From the NCBI GenBank assembly GCA_002436415.1, contig DJMA01000012.1, positions 26,345 through 90,344 on the forward strand: 64,000 bases of DNA. Reading direction: 5' to 3'. Source of the DNA: Bdellovibrionaceae bacterium UBA6502. Its GTDB lineage: Bacteria; Bdellovibrionota; Bdellovibrionia; Bdellovibrionales; UBA840. This document shows positions 39,575 through 48,229 of this stretch, piece by piece. The notes under the pieces were generated by a model. The model saw only the letters and a program-made list of their open reading frames with translations, was not told where the DNA came from and made no database searches. Position 1 is the stretch's first letter. Each line of letters begins with the position of its first letter. A program made the position numbers and the translations under genes.

Positions 39575-40809
39575 CCTTTAAAATTATTTTTACTTTAAGT
39601 TGTATCTTCAGCAGTCTTAACCTAGTGGCTGCCGGGCAACACACTGATGGCACTGGAGGCAATATTTCTGCACCCATTTTTTCCGAAGCACCTGGGCGTT
39701 TAAAACTAGAAATACTAAACACGGAAAACAAACTTCAAACCGTGGAATTAGAGTTTAGTCAGTTTCTTGGGTTCGACGGAGTATACACCAATTACAAAAT
39801 ACTAAATCCAGCCAACGAAAAAAGAAAAATCAAAAAAATAGAAAGAGCTTGTAGAGACTACAAGACCTCAATTAAAGCCAACACAGAGGCGATCTTCTTT
39901 AATGCAATCGAATTTTATTACGATTGGTTCATCAGTAAAAATCCAAACGATAGTAGAATTTTAGACTTCAACTTAGTTAAGAAAAAAGATTATGACGAAA
40001 ACATTCTATGCTCAGAAAAAATGGGTGAGATAAGTCGTGAAGTCTTTCTTGCTGCTATATCTAACTATTTTCAAAAAGTAGCACAAAGGTATTTATTTAC
40101 ACTTGCTGAAACCGAGTTTCTCTATGAGACAGGTACGAAACGCTACCCTGATTCATCAAAGACAGTTAGTGAAATATTGGCCTTAAGCTTTGTTGAGCGC
40201 CACGCTAAATTTTTAGCTTATCAGCTTTTGGAAGATGTAAACATTCGAAATAGAATGAAAGACTCCTTTTATTATAGAGTATACCATCGAGCCTCTATCA
40301 AGGAGATTAAAGCAGTTTTACCTAATGCCTTCCAAGATATCGACGAAGCCTTAGGCCTGTTTTTCAGACAAGATTATACCAAGAGTATCCTTAGCTTCTT
40401 AGAAGGATTTGATGAATTTCTTCTTCAAGCTCTTGACATCGCTAAGTTTGGATTTGAAAAAAGCCTTGGCTTTGAAAAAAACCAAGGAATCGAAGGATAT
40501 AAATCTCAAATTGCAATTGAATTTCCTTTTTACGAAAAAAGCTTTCAGTATAGCGAGCAGGTTTTTCGCGTAGCTCCTGGCTCAGCACAGTGGCAAAACT
40601 TAAAAGACTCTTTTCTTTCAGAATTCTCTAATAGCAATTTAAAACCTGCTATCTGTCGTTGGGATAAAAACGAAATTCTTCGTTTTGACCGTGAAAACTA
40701 CAAGATAGAATCCCCAGCTAAACTTCTCAAAAATATTTTTTCCCACTTTTTAATTATTTTTGGGCATTTAGGTATAGAGATTAGTGATTTGGGCTGTCAG
40801 AATGATTAA
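39571..40809 (+). CDS. Secreted hypothetical protein
   Basis: 412-aa ORF with a signal peptide (SSLNLVAAG). 4-nt overlap with the upstream regulator gene. Confidence 0.45.
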   Translation: MTFKIIFTLSCIFSSLNLVAAGQHTDGTGGNISAPIFSEAPGRLKLEILNTENKLQTVELEFSQFLGFDGVYTNYKILNPANEKRKIKKIERACRDYKTSIKANTEAIFFNAIEFYYDWFISKNPNDSRILDFNLVKKKDYDENILCSEKMGEISREVFLAAISNYFQKVAQRYLFTLAETEFLYETGTKRYPDSSKTVSEILALSFVERHAKFLAYQLLEDVNIRNRMKDSFYYRVYHRASIKEIKAVLPNAFQDIDEALGLFFRQDYTKSILSFLEGFDEFLLQALDIAKFGFEKSLGFEKNQGIEGYKSQIAIEFPFYEKSFQYSEQVFRVAPGSAQWQNLKDSFLSEFSNSNLKPAICRWDKNEILRFDRENYKIESPAKLLKNIFSHFLIIFGHLGIEISDLGCQND

Positions 40810-41683
40810 AAATCTTTGTTCTATTCTTTTCTTTATCTCTTTTAGCTTTTGTGTAAATGCACAAGAGCTAAAAGCCTTTCAATCAGAATGGAATGAAACA
40901 CTTTTAAACGAAGCAAGTGAGTATTTAAAAAATAAATTAAGTCATTCTTATATCGCCTATTCGGAATCTAGAAATGAAATCCTTTTAATTTTAAAACAAA
41001 AATATCCAAAAACTTATTCTTATTGGATTAAAAAACTGGATGCAAATTTTAAAGAAATTTATTTTTACGAGTTAGCAAGTCAAATCACTCAGTCTTCACA
41101 TCCGTGGGCGCAAAAAATTTCCGAACAGATTCTTTTCAAAGTAAAAAACAGAGACTCAAATAGCTTGCTATGGATGAACAAGCTCTTGTACCAACGGCAT
41201 GGTAGAGGTGCTTATGATGCCAGTACAGGAAATGCCTACCTTAGCTTACGTCCTTTTGCTGAAAACATTGTGCCCGTGGTTCACGAGATGGTTCATTCCT
41301 TGGATCCCTTCTTACATCAGGCCCGAAATGAATTAAATCGATTCTATCAAATAGACTTTAACTATTACCTGTTTTTAAAAAACATCTACCTAGTTTACTA
41401 TAAAGAACTACTACCAAGACTAATTTCTTGTGAGATTTATAAAGATCTAAGCGAAAAAAGTATTATAGAGATAAAACATTTTAACAAAGAGTTTAATACC
41501 AATTTGAATTCTTCTGACGAGCGTTTTTGCAATGAGTGGACAAAACAAAGTCTTTCCAATGTGATAGCCCCTGATTACTTTTGGCCAAAAGATTCCGCCA
41601 ATCATCAAAAAGTTTTAAACTATGAAAAAGCTTGGCTAAGAGAACAGGGCTTGGACTACCCCTATTTATTTTATAGAAACTAG
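40802..41683 (+). CDS. Secreted hypothetical protein with an HExxH motif (putative zinc metallopeptidase)
   Basis: Signal peptide MIKNLCSILFFISFSFCVNAQE. VVHEMVHSLDP motif. 8-nt overlap with the upstream gene. Confidence 0.4.
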   Translation: MIKNLCSILFFISFSFCVNAQELKAFQSEWNETLLNEASEYLKNKLSHSYIAYSESRNEILLILKQKYPKTYSYWIKKLDANFKEIYFYELASQITQSSHPWAQKISEQILFKVKNRDSNSLLWMNKLLYQRHGRGAYDASTGNAYLSLRPFAENIVPVVHEMVHSLDPFLHQARNELNRFYQIDFNYYLFLKNIYLVYYKELLPRLISCEIYKDLSEKSIIEIKHFNKEFNTNLNSSDERFCNEWTKQSLSNVIAPDYFWPKDSANHQKVLNYEKAWLREQGLDYPYLFYRN

Positions 41684-41953
41684 CTAGTAAAAGCTCTTAT
41701 AAAAAGCCCTTTTCATGCGGCTAAAAACAGAAGCCACTATAAATACAGCATTATCGGAATTGTTCCGGCTTAAAAACCGCACTGTTATTGCTTATCTCAG
41801 TATTCCGATCAAGTAGTTAATCTCATCCGTAGTTACAGCGCATTGATTGTAAATTACTGTGCGCCAAGCAGCCAAGACTCATAACGCAAAGCTAAAAATA
41901 AGTCATTTTAAGGACTTATAAAAAATAGTCCAGAGCCCACAAAATTCTTGTAG

Positions 41954-41974
41954 ACTTACACATTACTTACACAT
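41954..41974 (+). repeat. Tandem direct repeat ACTTACACAT x2 (TTAC-N7-TTAC, 11-bp period)
   Basis: Read directly. Lies in the 594-bp ORF-poor leader upstream of imuA. Confidence 0.6.
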
Positions 41975-42277
41975 AAGATTATTCTTGTCGATGACGATGA
42001 TTTTCAAAAGAGACACACCCCTTTTAAGTGTTTCTTTAAATCTTGTCAAAGCACGAGAGTGAATCCAACTAGACTAAAAGCATTTTCCTTTTTGCATGCA
42101 AAAAGGCCGGGATCTTTTTGTCTTTTAAGCTGGGCGGATTCATTCTCCAGACGATGTTTTCTCAAAAACTCTAGGCAATGCGCTTCCCTTGTGACTTTGA
42201 CTAGAGTTTTTCAGAACTCATTAAAAGAGATTTTTCTCACTTACATAAAGGGCTAACTGCCCAAGGGTACTAAATTA

Positions 42278-42913
42278 ATGAGTAGTAAATTATCATTTCT
42301 ACATTCGAGCCTTCCTGAAAACTTGCTAAAAAAGCAAGTGGCTCCTGCGCTTCCTTTTGGCTCAGGCATCGCCTCATTAGACCAGTGGTTAGATGGTGGC
42401 CTTGCCTGGGGCAAGTTCTCTGAATGGGGAATGCCTCTTGGCAGTGACACTCGAAAACTTCTTTTAAACTTTTTAAAAAAAGCCAATTGTGACTTTTTAT
42501 GGGTCTACTCCCCCAAAATGGGTTCCCCCTACCCGGCAAGTTGGGCTAGTCAAATCGATTTGAACCGAGCTTACTTTATAGAAAGTGACCGTCCAGTTGC
42601 TGATCTAAAATCCTGCTTCTTAGACAATACATTTCGCCTAATTATTTTAGACTCCCCACAGTTCCTTAGCCTCGGGGACCTTGCTTTTTTAAACCAGCAA
42701 TGTAGGTCTTTGAAGCAACACTATTTCTTACTAAGACCTTACTATTTAAGTAACAAACTAGGAAATGCCTACGCACAATATAGAATTAATGTTTTTAAAG
42801 AAGAGGCTAATGGCTATATTTTAAAAAAACAAAAAGGCATTGGTGAGCAGTCAAGTTTGCACCTACCAATGGAGGAGGTCGTTCAGCATGAGCGCTCAAG
42901 TTCTTTCCTTTAA
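42278..42913 (+). CDS. imuA: ImuA-like SOS mutagenesis cassette protein
   Basis: 211 aa. LPFGSGIASLDQWLDGGLAWGKFSEW resembles the ImuA N-terminal motif. First gene of the imuA-imuB-dnaE2 arrangement. Confidence 0.6.
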   Translation: MSSKLSFLHSSLPENLLKKQVAPALPFGSGIASLDQWLDGGLAWGKFSEWGMPLGSDTRKLLLNFLKKANCDFLWVYSPKMGSPYPASWASQIDLNRAYFIESDRPVADLKSCFLDNTFRLIILDSPQFLSLGDLAFLNQQCRSLKQHYFLLRPYYLSNKLGNAYAQYRINVFKEEANGYILKKQKGIGEQSSLHLPMEEVVQHERSSSFL

Positions 42914-44342
42914 CCAAAGTAAACCTAAAAACGAAGTCTGTCGCTATATTGTAGTAAAAGCAAAAATAGACAAAAACTCCGATCTACGTTTTTCTATCAG
43001 CCCTGAAATCATGCATTGGCGTGATGATTTATGGATCATTGATTTAAACTCCACCAAAAGATATTGGTATGCAACGAGCTTGCAAAAAAACCAAAGCCTA
43101 GAAGATGCTTTAAAAGAACAACTCAATATTTCACTTGATAGTTTTCAGTGGATAAACTGCAAGCACCCATGGCAAGGTCTAATGCTTCTACCTATGCTCT
43201 CAGAAGAAAGACGCCTATATTATTTTGAAGAAGACTATTGCCAAAACTTAGCGCGCTCTATCAGTTGGGAGTCATGGCTAAAAGAGTCAGACACTCTTTA
43301 TAAGCACCTACAAAACCTGGTAAAACAAACTGCCTTAAGTAAGTTTTCCACAAAACGCTCACAGCTCCTCAGAGCCATGGAACGATTAGGCTTAGAAGAT
43401 GTCTATGACCTTGAACAAGCAGACACATCTTCTATACAAAAACGCTTCGGCCTTTGGATAGCTAAGCTATGGGAGTGGACTTTCCCTCAAAAAAGAAGTG
43501 ATCTCCCTTTAATGCAGGGCTTGCAGGATTTAAATGAATTTCCATGGATCTGCGAAAAGCCGAAACAAACAGCTGCTAAGATGCGCGCTTTGGACTATTC
43601 AGTAGATCAATGGGATCAGTTAGAGCCTTTTTTACAAGAAGACATCGCACACATTGAAAAGGCCTTTTTGCGACAAAAAAAAATTTCTGTTTGCCAAATA
43701 GATTGGTCTTTAGAGTTATACGGTGGTCAAAGTTTTTCTCTAAAAATTGATTTCAGAAACCCTTATGCCATTTTTGATGACGCTCCAGTTTTTAATACAG
43801 CCTTAACCCAGGCCAGGTACCAGTTTGAAGCCTGGCAAAAAGATTTATCGGAAGAAAAGAGTTTCCATGATTATTTAGAAGCTTATAAAATCGTTTCCTG
43901 GAAACTAGAAGTTAGTAAAAACATTTATCTACAGCAATCTGAACAGAGCCTAGAAATCGACAGTGGCATTACTAATTATTATAAAATTCTAGATCTAGAG
44001 AATAAACTCCCCAAGCCAATTGAGCATTACCGTATAAAAAAAGGTTTTGCCATTAAGGCTCATGAGACAAAAGAAAAAACAGAGGGAATCTTTACGCAAA
44101 AGGATAATTTGTGGACAAAAACAGCTAGTCATCGTCCACTCTACTACAAAACAACACAAAAAAAATTACGCAATCTCCCCTATCGAAGCTTTTTCTTAGA
44201 GCGCAACTCAACCGATTGGTGGAAAGAAGAACACTCTGAAGATTACAACTGGGATTTCTACAAAAGTCACTACCAACGAAACTGGAACTGGATTGTAAAA
44301 AATAGCTTTGGAGAAATTTATGAACTCGGTAGATTTGATTAA
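42888..44342 (+). CDS. imuB: ImuB-like (inactive Y-family polymerase) cassette protein
   Basis: About 484 aa between imuA and dnaE2. GGAGGAGG SD 9 nt before the ATG at 42888. Assignment is mainly by position; the sequence is divergent. Confidence 0.5.
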   Translation: MSAQVLSFNQSKPKNEVCRYIVVKAKIDKNSDLRFSISPEIMHWRDDLWIIDLNSTKRYWYATSLQKNQSLEDALKEQLNISLDSFQWINCKHPWQGLMLLPMLSEERRLYYFEEDYCQNLARSISWESWLKESDTLYKHLQNLVKQTALSKFSTKRSQLLRAMERLGLEDVYDLEQADTSSIQKRFGLWIAKLWEWTFPQKRSDLPLMQGLQDLNEFPWICEKPKQTAAKMRALDYSVDQWDQLEPFLQEDIAHIEKAFLRQKKISVCQIDWSLELYGGQSFSLKIDFRNPYAIFDDAPVFNTALTQARYQFEAWQKDLSEEKSFHDYLEAYKIVSWKLEVSKNIYLQQSEQSLEIDSGITNYYKILDLENKLPKPIEHYRIKKGFAIKAHETKEKTEGIFTQKDNLWTKTASHRPLYYKTTQKKLRNLPYRSFFLERNSTDWWKEEHSEDYNWDFYKSHYQRNWNWIVKNSFGEIYELGRFD

Positions 44343-47300
44343 AAAAATCGGCTGGACCGAGTGGTTAGTAAAAACCAATTATAGTTTTTTATCCGGTGCC
44401 TCTCACCCCATCGACCTGATCCATCGCTTTGAAATGGAAAACTATCAAGCCTATGCCATAAACGATTATGATGGTGTTTATGCATTGGCTCGCTGTCATC
44501 TTGAACAAATTAAATCCGGCGCCAAAGGAAAGCTGATACACTCTAGTGAGTTGCGCATTAGACATAACAAAGAAGAACCTCTGTTACTACAAGACAGCCT
44601 AGTCGTGCTTCCTAAAAATAAATGCGGATATAAAACTCTAAATCAGATCATCAATGCCTCTAGAAAAACAGAAAATAAAGAGACTTCTTTATGCTTAGAG
44701 GACTTTAAAGACTTCTCGACAAAGGATCTAATTTGTTTACAACCCATGAGGGGAAGATTGCGAAAGGGCTCTGCTAGCTCTTTTTACAAGGAGCTCAAAG
44801 AGCTATTTTCGGATTACTATTTATGTGTAAGTCGTCACCTACATCCAGCTGAAGACTACTGGATCAAAGAACAACTAAAACTCTCCAAAGACTTAAATAT
44901 TGGTGTACTCTATAGCCAAGATGTATTTATGCATCACCCATCACAGAAAGCTTTGAGTGATATTCTCCACTGCATTCGTACCAACAAAAATATCTTTAAT
45001 AATAGTGAGCACTTCTTTCCCAATGCAGAACGCTATCCTCATTCTTTAGAAGCAATTGCAAAGATCTACTCTGAACTCCCTGATTTTGAAAAGACTCTAC
45101 TACTATCCAAAGAGCTCAATGAACAGGTTGATTTTAGCTTCCACGAACTCAAATATCAGTACCCAAAAGAAATGATCCCCGAAGGCTTTACGGCTCAAAG
45201 TTATTTAGCTCATTTATGTTGGCAAGCCGCTAAAGAAAGATTTGGTATAAATATCACAGAAAAAATGCGACAAATCTTACACAAAGAATTAGATATGATT
45301 GATCACCTTGGTTTTGCTGACTACTTTCTGACGGTTTGGGATATTGTCCGCTGGGCGAGATCTCAAGGCATTTTATGCCAAGGCCGTGGTTCAGCAGCTA
45401 ATTCTTCGGTCTGTTTTGTTTTAGGAGTGACCTCTGTAGATCCAAACCATTTTGATCTGCTGTTTGAGCGCTTCATGAGTAAAGAGCGTGGTGATCCACC
45501 TGATATCGATGTGGATTTTGAACATGAGCGACGAGAAGAAGTCATTCAATACATTTACCGACATTATGGTAAAAAACGTGCCGCTATGGTGGCTAATGTA
45601 ATTCGCTTTCGCAGAAAAGGTGCTTTACGCGCCGTAGGAAAAGCCCTTGGTATTCAAGAAGATATGTTAAGTTCAGCCTCAAAGCTTTATAGCAGCAAGG
45701 CTTTTCGCGGAAAATCCAGTGAAGATATCATTAACGACTTAGTAGTTGATCCACAGGATTACTTTGGCAGTACAAAAAGAGATTTAGAGCAAAGATCCTA
45801 CAGAAAAAATGAAAGCGAAGCTAGAGGGATTGATCGTCAAATCGCTAATAAAGGGACTCTTTCATCTTATTACAATTCATCGCAATATGAGACTCAAAAA
45901 GCTAAGCAAAATAGCTCGAGACATCATCCTAAAGCTAGAAATAACACAGCTTCTTTTGCTGAGGAGATTAATGAACAAGACCAAGAGCTTCTAAAAATCT
46001 TTTCACAAAAACAAATTCCTCCAGAAAATCTGTATAAACACTGGCAAGAAATGAGTGAAAAAATCATCACTTTCCCAAGACATCTTGGTCTACACTCTGG
46101 TGGCTTTATCATTGCCGAACATACAATTGACGAACTCTGCCCTACAGAGCCTGCCAGTAAAGAGAACCGCTACGTGGTGCAATGGTCTAAAGATGACATT
46201 GAAGGCCTAAACTTTTTCAAGATTGATGTCTTAGCTCTTGGGATGTTAACCGCTGTAAGAAAAAGTTTTGATTTAATCAAAAAACACTACAACAGAGACT
46301 TCCAACTTTATAGTATCCCTCAAGAAGATCCTTCTACCTACAGCATGATTCAAAAAGCTAACACCGTTGGCGTATTTCAAATCGAGTCTAGAGCTCAAAT
46401 GAGTATGCTTCCTCGTTTAAAACCAAAAACTTTTTATGACCTTGTTATTGAAGTGGCAATCATTCGCCCAGGCCCCATTCAAGGTGGAATCATCCATCCT
46501 TTTTTAAGAAGACGAGAAGGTCTTGAACCTGTCGTTTACCCTGATGAGCGTTTGCGAAACATTTTATCCAGAACTCTTGGAGTAATAATCTTTCAAGAGC
46601 AAGCCATGCGTATAGCCATGGAAGTGGGAGACTTTAGCGCAGCCGAAGCCAACCAACTACGAAAAAACATCGGTGCTTGGAGCATGCCTAGCAACAATAA
46701 AGATCTAAAAATCATTTTAGAAAAGCTAGCTCGTGGCATGAAAAGAAATAATTTATCCGAAGAATTCACACAACAATTAGTCCAACAAATGAAGGGCTTT
46801 GCTGAGTACGGATTTCCCGAGTCACACGCTATTTCGTTTGCTTATATTGCCTACGCATCTAGTTTTTTAAAATGTCACTACCCAGCGGCTTTTTTCTGCT
46901 CAGTTCTCAACTCCCAACCAATGGGCTTTTATTCTCCACATGCGTTATTGCAAGCAGCACAACGAGACGGCTGTAAGATATTTGCTATTAGTCTACAACA
47001 TTCATTTTACGATCACAGCCTAGAAGCCATCAAAGGCAAAGAACCACCATTGTACGGTATCCGCTTAGGTTTTCGTTTAGTGAAAGGCTTGTCAAAAACC
47101 GCCGTTGAAAAAATCATAGAGGCCAGAGAAAAAAATGGAGCATTTAAAGACTTCGAGGATTTTTTAAGTCGCTGCCCTCTTTACAGAGATGAACTTACAG
47201 CCCTTGCCGCCACTAATTGCTTCCAAATCTTCGGAATGGATCGCCGCCAAGCTCTCTGGCTAGCGGAAGCTCTTCCCATTAAAGCCTTCATCGAACAACC

Positions 47301-47880
47301 TGAAAAAGACTTAAAATGGGCCAAAGAAGCTTCATTTGACCGTTTACAACGAGACTTTGCTTCCTTTCAGACTTCTTTAGGTGAACACCCTTGTCAGTTA
47401 TTAAAAAAACAAAATTGGCCCTTCCCTATTGAACTGCCAAAGATTATTGCCTCTAATAATTTTAACAAACTCATTAACAACCAAGTCTTTTACGGTTTTG
47501 GAATGGTCTTAGTCAGGCAAGCTCCACCTTCAGCAAAAGGCATGGTCTTTGTTACACTTGAAGATGAGTACGGATTTATCAACCTTGCTTTAGCCCCGCC
47601 AATTTACCAAAAGTATTTTCGCCTGGTAGAAAACCACGCATTCGTGTGCTTTCGAGGAAAACTACAGAAACAAGGCGAAAGCCACTCTGTCCTAATTAAA
47701 GAGCTAATCTCACCTAAAATTCATGATAACTTGTTTTCACTCCAACAAAGTAGAGCTGAAAAAACATCAGAGAACATACAGCTAAAAAGTAAATTAGAAA
47801 AAACCAAATCTTGGATTCACCAACAAAAAGTAAAAATCAAAAACCTCCGAGAACTAAGCAAATCAAGAAACTACCAATAA
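44320..47880 (+). CDS. dnaE2: Error-prone DNA polymerase III alpha-type subunit DnaE2
   Basis: N-terminal PHP motif NYSFLSGASHP, PDIDVDFEH, HLGLHSGGFII, VFQIESRAQM and an OB-fold C-terminus. Start likely at 44320 (GGAGAA SD). Confidence 0.88.
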   Translation: MNSVDLIKKIGWTEWLVKTNYSFLSGASHPIDLIHRFEMENYQAYAINDYDGVYALARCHLEQIKSGAKGKLIHSSELRIRHNKEEPLLLQDSLVVLPKNKCGYKTLNQIINASRKTENKETSLCLEDFKDFSTKDLICLQPMRGRLRKGSASSFYKELKELFSDYYLCVSRHLHPAEDYWIKEQLKLSKDLNIGVLYSQDVFMHHPSQKALSDILHCIRTNKNIFNNSEHFFPNAERYPHSLEAIAKIYSELPDFEKTLLLSKELNEQVDFSFHELKYQYPKEMIPEGFTAQSYLAHLCWQAAKERFGINITEKMRQILHKELDMIDHLGFADYFLTVWDIVRWARSQGILCQGRGSAANSSVCFVLGVTSVDPNHFDLLFERFMSKERGDPPDIDVDFEHERREEVIQYIYRHYGKKRAAMVANVIRFRRKGALRAVGKALGIQEDMLSSASKLYSSKAFRGKSSEDIINDLVVDPQDYFGSTKRDLEQRSYRKNESEARGIDRQIANKGTLSSYYNSSQYETQKAKQNSSRHHPKARNNTASFAEEINEQDQELLKIFSQKQIPPENLYKHWQEMSEKIITFPRHLGLHSGGFIIAEHTIDELCPTEPASKENRYVVQWSKDDIEGLNFFKIDVLALGMLTAVRKSFDLIKKHYNRDFQLYSIPQEDPSTYSMIQKANTVGVFQIESRAQMSMLPRLKPKTFYDLVIEVAIIRPGPIQGGIIHPFLRRREGLEPVVYPDERLRNILSRTLGVIIFQEQAMRIAMEVGDFSAAEANQLRKNIGAWSMPSNNKDLKIILEKLARGMKRNNLSEEFTQQLVQQMKGFAEYGFPESHAISFAYIAYASSFLKCHYPAAFFCSVLNSQPMGFYSPHALLQAAQRDGCKIFAISLQHSFYDHSLEAIKGKEPPLYGIRLGFRLVKGLSKTAVEKIIEAREKNGAFKDFEDFLSRCPLYRDELTALAATNCFQIFGMDRRQALWLAEALPIKAFIEQPEKDLKWAKEASFDRLQRDFASFQTSLGEHPCQLLKKQNWPFPIELPKIIASNNFNKLINNQVFYGFGMVLVRQAPPSAKGMVFVTLEDEYGFINLALAPPIYQKYFRLVENHAFVCFRGKLQKQGESHSVLIKELISPKIHDNLFSLQQSRAEKTSENIQLKSKLEKTKSWIHQQKVKIKNLRELSKSRNYQ

Positions 47881-48001
47881 TTTTATCACTCAAATCATCA
47901 AAAATATCGACCTAAAAAACACAACAGAGCATAAGCTTAACAGATGAAATGCTAGAAAAATGTAAAGCGACAATCAACGCCATCAATAACTAAGGCCTAA
48001 T

Positions 48002-48029
48002 AGAGAAAGCTAGAAGACTAGCTTTCTCT
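48002..48029 (+). terminator. Hairpin downstream of dnaE2 (possible terminator)
   Basis: 12-bp perfect stem AGAGAAAGCTAG-aaga-CTAGCTTTCTCT. The trailing T-run is poor. Confidence 0.4.
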
Positions 48030-48131
48030 TCTCAAAAGATTTCAATAGACACTCATCCCCCCATAGCTTCCTCATCGAAATTACAAAAGATTCAAAATCA
48101 AATTCAAATCTACTTAAATGCAATTAATTTC

Positions 48132-48149
48132 CTGTGAATTCCCTGTAAA
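48132..48149 (+). promoter_or_regulatory. Pho-box-like site upstream of the alkaline phosphatase gene
   Basis: CTGTGAA-ttcc-CTGTAAA: two 7-bp direct repeats with an 11-bp period, matching the CTGTCAT-N4-CTGTCAT PhoB consensus. Lies ~80 nt upstream of the start. Confidence 0.5.
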
Positions 48150-48229
48150 AAAGCTTCGAAAAGCTGAATCTAATTGAATCTTAGGAAAAGATTTTCTAAA
48201 CCACAGAGGGCAAACATAAAGGAGTCCTC

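Noticed and set aside
41854-41872. TACTGTGCGCCAAGCAGCC resembles an E. coli-type LexA box (CTG-N10-CAG).
   Set aside because: The spacing is N9 and the centre is GC-rich rather than the (TA)n core. Not a credible SOS box.
42018-42107. Possible fourth, internally deleted copy of the element (CCCCTTTTAAGTG ... GCAAAAAGGCC) in the imuA leader.
   Set aside because: Only short end-like matches, the wrong length (~90 bp), and no convincing internal alignment. Too weak without a profile search.
42059-42256. 65-aa plus-strand ORF in the imuA leader; minus-strand ORFs at 42253-42539.
   Set aside because: Highly basic or low-complexity translations with no SD. The minus ORFs overlap imuA antisense. 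Likely non-coding.
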